Shown one piece after another: positions 56,111-64,000 of a DNA stretch of 64,000 bases (the first letter of the stretch is position 1; the number at the start of each line of letters is the position of its first letter). The DNA lies in IMG/VR virus record IMGVR_UViG_3300036828_000667, positions 32,001-96,000 of that record; one strand, written 5' to 3'. The notes beneath the pieces were generated by a model. The model ran no database searches. It saw only the letters and a list, made by a program, of their open reading frames with translations, and was not told the DNA's origin. The translations under genes were made by a program, and so were the position numbers. Origin of the DNA: a virus.

Positions 56111-56518
56111 TCAAAAGGGTTGGTTTCCTTGTGCTGTAGTTGGTGCTCTAGTTACGACCTTCACTCCAGAGTTAGCCTGCATCTCTCCATAGAGGTGTAC
56201 CGACTCAACAATAAGCTCCAGGATAGTGTCTGGGAGAAATGACTCATTACTCTTATCTCCTGATGTCGCCTTAGCCCTAAGAGTTAGGTACCTCACCAGC
56301 TTGGCAATACATTCTCCGGCAATATGACTCTCACCACCAGGGACATCGGCCTTATCATACCCTGTAACTGCGAATACAAGATCAATGATCTCAGATGTAG
56401 AATCACGTGGCTTAGATTGAGCAAGCTCTAAAGTTTGTTTAATAACATCAACTTCAATAGCAGTCTTTGCCGTACTCATAGATTGAATAAACCCTTTCAC
56501 GGACTTATCTTCAGGCAT
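56111..56518 (-). CDS. Hypothetical protein
   Basis: Operon packing. Confidence 0.5.
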   Translation of the reverse strand: MPEDKSVKGFIQSMSTAKTAIEVDVIKQTLELAQSKPRDSTSEIIDLVFAVTGYDKADVPGGESHIAGECIAKLVRYLTLRAKATSGDKSNESFLPDTILELIVESVHLYGEMQANSGVKVVTRAPTTAQGNQPF

Positions 56519-56524
56519 GGACTT

Positions 56525-57472
56525 TCACTTTCGCCTAACGCCATAAGCGTTACGCCTTAGAATGTTAGTCATCAGAGGTTGAAACTGGTAAATCTCTTTC
56601 TCGAATATCTCTTTAAATCTCTTCCTAGAAACTGAGTTTGGATCTTGTTTCCAAGGAAGCCTTAGTAGAAATACGTCTTGACGATCAAGAGACTTGTAAA
56701 CCGATCTAGCTATCTTGATACCATTTTCAAATGCGCCACCGTCAGGGGCTATGTATATCTTATCAATATGTTTAAATGAAACCATCTCTTTTAACTGGGA
56801 GAGTTGAAATGGGCTTATTGTCTTGCCTAAGAGAACTAAGGGGCAAATACTTCCATCCAAGTGTTGGTAAGCTGACAATCCAGAAATTGTACCTTCAACG
56901 AGTATAACCTGATCAGTGTTAACATAATTAAGCCATAAAAGAGGTTTTACTTGGTCATGAATATTGGTATGACGTATAGTACTATTAACGTTTCTGATAG
57001 ATAGAAAGTCAGTAACTCTTGATAATCCGTCTGTCCAAATCTTGTTACAAAATATAACTCCTAACCTAGGAGTTCTCGTAGCCAGTATATTGAACCTATC
57101 AAGGACCTCAGGGAATATCCTTCGGTCATTGACCATATAGTCTAGGCATTCTTGGTTATCTCTAATAGGAGAAGTCCAGTCGCCTAGCGAGAGTCTTTGG
57201 TAGGGGTAACGCTGTTCGTCCGGTACGGTTTCAAGCTGTTGGCGTATTAGTTCTGGCGTACGCAGAGCATCAGATATAATCACAGTTTCGCATCGAAAAC
57301 AATGCCCAATTTGCTTCACTGTGTTGTAATAAAAATGCCCGGTGGTATCAGCAGTTTTAGTGAGTTCTACACAGTACGGGCAAATCCACACTTCTTCATA
57401 ACCAGACTTTCTGACAAGGGTCCTTAAATCAAGGAATTCTCCAAAATGTAAAATCCCACTCTTTTTAAGCAA
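56525..57472 (-). CDS. DNA primase (Zn finger + TOPRIM)
   Basis: 'CPYC...H.Y......HCFRC'; 'ILVEG', 'APDG', 'DPN'. Confidence 0.8.
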   Translation of the reverse strand: MLKKSGILHFGEFLDLRTLVRKSGYEEVWICPYCVELTKTADTTGHFYYNTVKQIGHCFRCETVIISDALRTPELIRQQLETVPDEQRYPYQRLSLGDWTSPIRDNQECLDYMVNDRRIFPEVLDRFNILATRTPRLGVIFCNKIWTDGLSRVTDFLSIRNVNSTIRHTNIHDQVKPLLWLNYVNTDQVILVEGTISGLSAYQHLDGSICPLVLLGKTISPFQLSQLKEMVSFKHIDKIYIAPDGGAFENGIKIARSVYKSLDRQDVFLLRLPWKQDPNSVSRKRFKEIFEKEIYQFQPLMTNILRRNAYGVRRK

Positions 57473-57778
57473 TCATTCTTCCTCCTTACCATTACGACTA
57501 TGTCTTATGAGATTTAGAAAAGAGGTAGTCGGTCTGAATATAACAGTTGGCTGGACAGTCTCTTCCATACATCTTTGATTTATATCATAATATCGTTTCT
57601 TCTGCATGATACCCCGCATCTGACCAAACCCACGAATATACACAGTTTCATCGCAAATCTTATCCTGGAGAATTCCAAGAAAAGAATTGACTACAGTTTT
57701 CACGCTGTCCTTAGTGAACCCAGTCTCCAGCACGATAGCATTTATGATATCATGCTTGGCATCCTTTTTCGCGCCCAT
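57473..57778 (-). CDS. HU/IHF-like DNA-binding protein
   Basis: 'K.DII.AI...TG.TK..V..VV..F......V.IRGFG......P...FRP'. Confidence 0.8.
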   Translation of the reverse strand: MGAKKDAKHDIINAIVLETGFTKDSVKTVVNSFLGILQDKICDETVYIRGFGQMRGIMQKKRYYDINQRCMEETVQPTVIFRPTTSFLNLIRHSRNGKEEE

Positions 57779-57798
57779 TGTACGCTATGCCACCTCTC

Positions 57799-58173
57799 TC
57801 ACGTCCTATTCTTACTATCAGAAAATGATGCAGCTGTCACCAATCCTGCTCTTGCAGCCAGATAGTTCTTAACGAACGTCTCGTCCGGAGAACACATGAA
57901 GGCTATAGCTGACAAGGGCACTTGGATTTCTTTATGAACTATAGGATTAGCATCATGAAAGACTATAAAGTTAAACCTTTTTACATCCTTTTGATCACGA
58001 CTCACAAGGATAGGGTCCTTCACAATAGCAATAGCATCTATTATTTGAACAATCTCTCCAATAAACTCAATATTTCTTCCATTTATTGAAATAAACTTTA
58101 CACCTGTTATGGGATGTACTGGTGGTACTATATCAGCTGGTCCACTAGTCAAAAAGTCTTTGGTATTATTCAT
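57799..58173 (-). CDS. Hypothetical protein
   Basis: Operon packing. Confidence 0.5.
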   Translation of the reverse strand: MNNTKDFLTSGPADIVPPVHPITGVKFISINGRNIEFIGEIVQIIDAIAIVKDPILVSRDQKDVKRFNFIVFHDANPIVHKEIQVPLSAIAFMCSPDETFVKNYLAARAGLVTAASFSDSKNRT

Positions 58174-58841
58174 TTGAGAACTCCACGGTATGAATCAAGA
58201 TGCTTCCATTTTTTGCCACTCTTAATATGACTAATCAAAGATCGTGCAACACCATAATCACGCGCGATCTCATGCTGAGTGCGCTGGTCATTGATAATCG
58301 CAATAGCTTGAACCTCAGTTAGCTTTGCATTACCATGGGTTTCACCCTTACTACGATCTTCAATCTTGTTCTGGCGATCAAGATACTCCCAGCTTTTACC
58401 GCTCTTAATCAAGCTGATAGTTACCGGATTAACATTGTAGTCAAACGCAATCTCTCTATAAACACGATTGTCGTTAATGATCGCAATAACCTGAGCTTCA
58501 GTCAACTTCGCTTTACCGTGGTTCTCACCCTTACTCTGACGACCTTTAGTGTTTCTATCATCCATGTTAATTTGATGATCACCTTCGAACAAATGATCTG
58601 GGTTGACACAATGCGGGACATCACAGCTATGCAAAATCTGTTGATCATCAGTAAGTGGACCTCGAAAAAGTTTCCAGGACAGTCGATGAGCACTATGTTT
58701 CCCACCTAAGATCGCCCAATTAACCCACCCATAACCACCCACCAGTGTCCCAGTCCATAGCCAACATCCACGATTTGGTTCTAATACATAGTGAGCTTCA
58801 AAGCACTCTAATAAATTTTCGTCTGTTATTTCTCTACTCAT
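58170..58841 (-). CDS. HNH endonuclease with duplicated C-terminal HTH
   Basis: 'GCWLWTG...YG...AHRLSW...LHSCD.P.CVNPDHL..G'; two 'KGE.HG.AKLTE.Q' repeats. Confidence 0.9.
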   Translation of the reverse strand: MSREITDENLLECFEAHYVLEPNRGCWLWTGTLVGGYGWVNWAILGGKHSAHRLSWKLFRGPLTDDQQILHSCDVPHCVNPDHLFEGDHQINMDDRNTKGRQSKGENHGKAKLTEAQVIAIINDNRVYREIAFDYNVNPVTISLIKSGKSWEYLDRQNKIEDRSKGETHGNAKLTEVQAIAIINDQRTQHEIARDYGVARSLISHIKSGKKWKHLDSYRGVLK

Positions 58842-59079
58842 TTTGCTACTCCTCCGGAATAATTGATACCTTCACCTTATGACCCTCAATTAAATCTGGC
58901 TTATCTCTGCCTAAATATATGGACTCTCTGCTGCCCTGAAGAGTAATGTACCAACCTATTGAAACTTTATCACATTCGTGAGTTTTTTGACCATCACGAA
59001 CTTCTAATCTCCAGTTTATATTTTCAAAATGTTCATTTACACTAGTAATCTTCGTCTTGAAAGAGTACATTGTAGTCAT

Positions 59080-59494
59080 CTAGATCACCGCCATCTTGTT
59101 CCAAGGTCGGAACTTCAGCAACTGTTCTGGATCAAGCTTCGTCCAGTCGCCATCAAAGAGAATAGCCCTATCATCAATCGTAAGAAATGCTGCTGGTTTT
59201 TCGTGAGCAAATGCAATAGGCGAAGCGTCTTCGTTTGCTAAAACGTGGTCACGGCCGAACTCCTCCGTCGCATGACGAGTGAACCACTCCCGCATCGCCC
59301 GGAGGCCTGAAGGCTCTTTGCTCCGGCTGCTGTAGATCACCACCTGGAACGTCTTAGTCGCCTCGTAGAGCCACTGTAAGGCCCCTGGCACCGGTCCGTC
59401 AACGATCGTCCAGGCGTTCACCCACGGGCTGGTGTATAGGTGGATAACACCGTCAAAAATCCACGCAAAGGATCGGTTTCGATCTTATAGTCAT
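59080..59494 (-). pseudogene. HAD-superfamily phosphatase-like gene, frameshifted in its DxD motif (pseudogene, programmed +1 shift or sequence error)
   Basis: AGGAGG RBS, MTIRSKPILCVDF then TGA; the +1 frame continues DGVIHLYTSPWVNAW...IYSSR...KP.A..TIDDRA. Confidence 0.7.
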
Positions 59495-59679
59495 TGCGTA
59501 CCTCCTTTCATTTGTTGTTTTGGTTAAACCACTCCAGGTCACGCCTTAGAGTGGCTTGAGAGTGTTTACTGCCATTAAACTTGACAAAAACATAGTCCTT
59601 GTTAACAGAGGTAATAACACCTTTTTCAGCCATACCATCAAAAGACTTGTAAATCACTATACGACCAACATCGGATGAT

Positions 59680-62469
59680 TTAGCCTTGATCATACCAGTC
59701 CCCTACCCAGTTCTTGGTATACACCGAACTATCCGATCCTTCTAAAGTTACATTTATCTCATGATTAAATTTACTGATCAACGACTCATCATGCGTGACC
59801 ACAATCTTTTTTGGAACGTTAGCTTTGTTAATTAGCTCGAAGCAATACTCAGAGTAGCTAGGATCAAGGAACGATAGTACTTCATCAAAAATCACTACAC
59901 CAAGAACACCATGATCCATACCATACATTTGTGTGAATAGATTATTTAAACTTACCATCATAATAATATCGACAACTCTAGCTTGACCTGTCGAAAGCTG
60001 ATCATAATCTGCCTTCTCCCGCCCCATGAACATAGCTGACACACTCAGGTCATCCTCGATTATAACTCTAAAACTTTCCCCGTCAGTTAGCAGGTCAACT
60101 TGATTTTGTAATAATCTCTGTCCCTGTTTTGCTAGCTCCGAAATCAGAAGTCCGTTACGTTTGAGCAGAGTCTTCTGAGTCCAGTTCATAGCTTCTTGTA
60201 AATTGCTTTTAGTCTCCAGACTCAATTCAGTAGTTTGAATTTCTGTATTAAACTCAGAGATACTACTGGCTTCCGCTTGGATCAAAGCTTCATAGTTAGT
60301 ACGCGCTTCCTTAACTTCAGCTAGACCAGAATTGATCAACGCCAAGCGATCCTCTAAAATAAGAATCCTTTCTAACTTGGTTTTTAGACTAGCTATATCT
60401 TCATTGTTGGACAAGTACTCTATATCTTTTTCGGTAAGCCTGATCGTCAATGTCCTTTCCAATCCAGTATTAGGTAACTGTGCTTTAAGAGATTCAATCT
60501 CTACAGTTAATTTATCTACTACATCTTCATTAAGCAGTTGCTGGTGACAAGTAGGACACTTGCCATCAAGAGACATTCGTAAACTAGCTTTCTTCGTTTC
60601 TATCTCTCTTGATATACGACTGACCATATTACGTACATCTTTGATACCAGCTTCTAGAGCAAACTTCTCACTTGCAAGAACATTAGACCTGTAATTGCAT
60701 CTATCAAGGCTTTCTCTAATACCCTTACTAGGTACAGTCAATTTTAGTTGAGCTTCAATTTCATTCCTCTCACGTTCCAGACTCGTAGTGTCAACAGTGC
60801 TCTGGGCATCTCGTTTGGTGAGGTATTCACTTAATTTGTTCTTGCTAATGTCTCTGATATCTTTTAGAGTCTTGATCTTCGATTCAATTTGAACGATAGT
60901 AGAACTATTGTCTTTTATCAAGTCTCCTAGCTTATCTCTAGCAGTGTCAACAGCACTCATACCAACAATAGTAGAGAGAAGAGTGTAACGATCAGACTTC
61001 GTGATAGATCCAAACAAGCTTGGACTCTTAGCTGGGAAATAGGAGAGTAGTTTAATCTCCCATTCCGAGATACCAAGGAGTTCGTATATAGTCTCTTGAG
61101 TAATAGAAGTCTTACTACCTGTATAAGGTAGCCATTTGTCGATGAATGTAAAGATTTGCAGCTGAGGACCGGAGTCCGTCCTGCCCCGGCCGATCCGATA
61201 CATGACCCCCTCAACCTCTATCACGACAGCGACGAAGGTACCCGTGTCGCCATACCAATTTCTCACTTCATTGGCGGCAACTCCCTTTGTCGTAGAACCA
61301 GTTAGGCACCAAAAAATCGCTTCAACAACAGAACTCTTGCCCGATCCGTTCTTCCCAGTCAGAACCAAGCTATCAGGGAATTCTTTCAAGTTCAAGGCGA
61401 AATCTTCTATTGACAAGAAGTTATGAGCCTCTAGGCTATGGAGCTTAGACCTTGGGACCTTCCTGTCTGAACTGGGGAGGGATTCCATGAGCTTGTAAAA
61501 GATGTTTGAAACAAGCTCTTGATTGTCTATTTTAGACCGTTTGATAATTGATAGTCCAAGTTCAGTAATTGAACTTGTATCTTTCTTGAATTCAAGGGCC
61601 TTTCCTTTAGACTGTCCAACACTCTTGGGTGCTCTATACCTATAGTGGACCAGCCTAGAAGATATTCGTTCTGGATCATCAGTAAACATAAATTTATGAT
61701 AGTGGTTTGGATGAATGTCTTGAATTGAAGTGAACTCACACTCTGGTGTATCAGAATATTTGAAGACCTTACATTGCCAAAAACCTGTTGCAGGACTGTC
61801 TCTGTAGTCGAACTGAATTGGAGAGCCTGGGATTAGTATGGTCCTTCCCCACTGGCCGGTGAAAACCTGCCCGTTATGAATATCACCAATAATAGAGAGC
61901 TTGAATTTTGAGAATAAGTCCTCTTGGCTAAACCCAGAACGAAACTGATGCCCTTCAGCATTCGTACAACCTTGGACCATCCCATGACCAATAAAGACAT
62001 CACCCTGTAGATCAGATGGGATCTTGTGTTCAGAATTCCACGGGACTCCACATATCCTAAAGTCTTCACAGTTGACGATCGTAAAACTAGTAGCGTCATG
62101 CATATACACTACATTTTGCTTGAGTCCAAATCTACGTAACACACTGTGAAAATGAGCCAAGTTCTCAGTTTTTGTGTCGATATCGTGTTGTCCATGGGTA
62201 ACGAGCAAAGGTCGGTCATGAGATAGTGTTTCAATTACAGATTCTAGTATATCTAATACCATAGGCTTCATGACAGCGTTATCTACAATGTCTCCTGCAA
62301 TAACTGAAAAGTCAGCATCGATACTATTAGCAAATGCACGAAAGTCTTTGGCTAGAGCTTCAAATTGCAGCAAACGGCTAGGTCTACCTGTGTCGTCTAT
62401 CTCAGAGAACTGAGTATGGTTTGAGATATGCCAGTCCGAACTCGCAGCTATTATTATATGGTCTTTCAT
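59680..62469 (-). CDS. SbcD(Mre11)-SbcC(Rad50) fusion nuclease/ATPase
   Basis: Phosphoesterase 'SDWH','AGD','GQHD','GH','GDIH'; Walker A 'GKNGSGKS'; Zn hook 'CPTC'; signature 'LSTGQ'; 'IFDE'; 'VTH'; GGAGG RBS before Met 62469. Confidence 0.88.
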   Translation of the reverse strand: MKDHIIIAASSDWHISNHTQFSEIDDTGRPSRLLQFEALAKDFRAFANSIDADFSVIAGDIVDNAVMKPMVLDILESVIETLSHDRPLLVTHGQHDIDTKTENLAHFHSVLRRFGLKQNVVYMHDATSFTIVNCEDFRICGVPWNSEHKIPSDLQGDVFIGHGMVQGCTNAEGHQFRSGFSQEDLFSKFKLSIIGDIHNGQVFTGQWGRTILIPGSPIQFDYRDSPATGFWQCKVFKYSDTPECEFTSIQDIHPNHYHKFMFTDDPERISSRLVHYRYRAPKSVGQSKGKALEFKKDTSSITELGLSIIKRSKIDNQELVSNIFYKLMESLPSSDRKVPRSKLHSLEAHNFLSIEDFALNLKEFPDSLVLTGKNGSGKSSVVEAIFWCLTGSTTKGVAANEVRNWYGDTGTFVAVVIEVEGVMYRIGRGRTDSGPQLQIFTFIDKWLPYTGSKTSITQETIYELLGISEWEIKLLSYFPAKSPSLFGSITKSDRYTLLSTIVGMSAVDTARDKLGDLIKDNSSTIVQIESKIKTLKDIRDISKNKLSEYLTKRDAQSTVDTTSLERERNEIEAQLKLTVPSKGIRESLDRCNYRSNVLASEKFALEAGIKDVRNMVSRISREIETKKASLRMSLDGKCPTCHQQLLNEDVVDKLTVEIESLKAQLPNTGLERTLTIRLTEKDIEYLSNNEDIASLKTKLERILILEDRLALINSGLAEVKEARTNYEALIQAEASSISEFNTEIQTTELSLETKSNLQEAMNWTQKTLLKRNGLLISELAKQGQRLLQNQVDLLTDGESFRVIIEDDLSVSAMFMGREKADYDQLSTGQARVVDIIMMVSLNNLFTQMYGMDHGVLGVVIFDEVLSFLDPSYSEYCFELINKANVPKKIVVTHDESLISKFNHEINVTLEGSDSSVYTKNWVGDWYDQG

Positions 62470-62806
62470 CTTACCTCCAGAGGGATAAGCTATGCCAAGG
62501 AAGTTCGCAATCTGGGAGCTAAGCCTAGTGGACAACACCAAGCCGAACGAACCGCAAAACGACGATATTTGCCAATGTCGTTATTGCGGCCGTCTGCATA
62601 AGCCGCTCGGCTCTCCGCCCTGGAGAACAGAGGACGCGGAAAAGCTCGCTGGCTTTATTGCTGACCAGCTGACTTACCAAGGAAACGAGATCGACAACTT
62701 GGGAGACTGCGAAAGTGTTGTGTTTGTCAGTACCGTACCAACGATCAATCTGAATCTACTAGCAGAGAATATAATAAAGTGGATACACCAAGAGAAACCC
62801 TAGTGG

Positions 62807-63061
62807 TCAATCACGTTTTTTCTTAACATTAGCTATGGCTTTTTGAGCTATGAGAATGTCCTTATGTCCAGCCACCTCTATAACTTCTTTGTCGGTCAAT
62901 GGCCTTAGCTTCAATTTCGAGTCATACGCCGCTAAATTTCCACACCAAGCACAAACACTAACGTCACCTTCAGATGGGAGATCATCAGGACTTTCTACAC
63001 CAGTAGCCGCATCTAAAGATATTCCGCAAGAAAGACATTTAGATTCAGGTAGCTTTCTCAC
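62807..63061 (-). CDS. Zn-ribbon hypothetical protein
   Basis: CLSC...CAWC; AGGAGG RBS. Confidence 0.55.
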   Translation of the reverse strand: MRKLPESKCLSCGISLDAATGVESPDDLPSEGDVSVCAWCGNLAAYDSKLKLRPLTDKEVIEVAGHKDILIAQKAIANVKKKRD

Positions 63062-63613
63062 TACCTCCTCCTATTTATAAAGCTCGTCCCGGCCATTCTG
63101 GATATGCTCAGCACGTCCTTCTTTAGGATCAACGACAATGTATGCCCACAATGACTTGATCTCAGGCATGGTACCATGTGGTTGATTAAAAAATCCAGTA
63201 TCAGCTGTCATAGTCTTTTCCACCATCTATTTGTAACAGATTTATCCACACCATCTAAACTCCAATGCGTTGTCTCTGCCCTAAATCTAATTACATAACT
63301 ATCACGTGAATATAAACGTAAACGATCCACCTTCACAATTTTCTCATGTCTAGCCGCTGAAATTCTCACGCCAGCAATAATAACTTCCCGACCTGGGCAC
63401 AGTTCACAATAAGCAACCATAACTAATTCCTTACCATCTATTATTACTTCAAGCGGAAATAGTCCTGAAGTAACTACGGCATCGTCATCGTCAAGTAATT
63501 CAACTAACAAATTGGCGGCCATGCCGCAACCCACCTCTAATTGTAAGAAGTGTATTGAGTTATGGTTCTCATTGCGTCTTCTCCTCACTCGGGATATCTT
63601 TAACTCTAACCCA

Positions 63614-64000
63614 TCACACGCTCTTCCGTCTCTTGCCACAACGGATGCGCTGAATTGTTGAATCCCGTACTCCATATTCTATTGCTAAGTGGGTATTGAC
63701 CCCATGATATTGAGGTCTGGCTCTAATGTCAACAATGTCGGCTTCCGTGAGCTTAGACATACCATTACGTTCTCCGTGATTGCTTGTCCCGTGACTAACA
63801 CGATCTCCCTGATTTTCCTTGTCTGTTCCCCATTTAATATTTTCAGGCCAGCGGTTATCAGAAGGATTTCCATTAAGATGACGACATTCAAGTCCAGGAG
63901 GACATGGACCAGAAAATGCTTCCAAGACAAGACGATGAACATAAAACATTTGGTCACCACGACTAACCATCATATAGTCGTCTTTTGATACCAGCGTCTT
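63614..64000 (-). CDS. HNH endonuclease (5' end probably outside the window)
   Basis: 'VHRLVLEAF.GPCP...CRHLNGNPSDNR..N.KWGT'. Confidence 0.85.
   Translation of the reverse strand, partial: KTLVSKDDYMMVSRGDQMFYVHRLVLEAFSGPCPPGLECRHLNGNPSDNRWPENIKWGTDKENQGDRVSHGTSNHGERNGMSKLTEADIVDIRARPQYHGVNTHLAIEYGVRDSTIQRIRCGKRRKSV

Noticed and set aside
1-64000. Alternative genetic code
   Set aside because: Long core genes (terL, polymerase, SbcCD) are intact in the standard code, and all three stop codons end genes.

Overview
This is a 64-kb segment of a large tailed dsDNA phage genome. The host is probably an alphaproteobacterium (inference from a Tat-type small protein, a Rap1a-like protein, an NYN protein and TTGAC-N17/18-TAnnnn promoters). 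Left part (1-12 kb, minus strand): tailspike/tail-fibre-like genes and small accessory ORFs. Middle (13-36 kb, mostly plus strand): many small accessory ORFs. Right part (36-64 kb, minus strand): terminase, helicase, RusA-like resolvase, UDG-PolA fusion, endolysin, 5'-3' exonuclease, RecA, SSB, primase, HU and an SbcD-SbcC fusion. About 11 HNH genes are scattered throughout. The standout feature is a candidate RNA-guided system with no CRISPR array and no cas1/2/3/6 in the window. A Cas7/RAMP-like gene (31534-32175) is followed by 10 tandem non-coding units made of a 5-nt periodic code: a near-constant NCC/NGC triplet plus a variable NN dinucleotide, ending in ACCRC-ACCAT-ACTTT or ACCGC-ACA. 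A mini-paralog of the gene sits inside this array. About 19 more units of the same kind are dispersed between 2.4 and 36.3 kb. Most singletons and tandem pairs have their own TTGAC-type promoter and often a 3' hairpin. Promoter orientation and G.U wobble/covariation in the hairpins both indicate that the CC-rich strand is the transcribed RNA. All protein calls are motif-based by eye; no database search was run.
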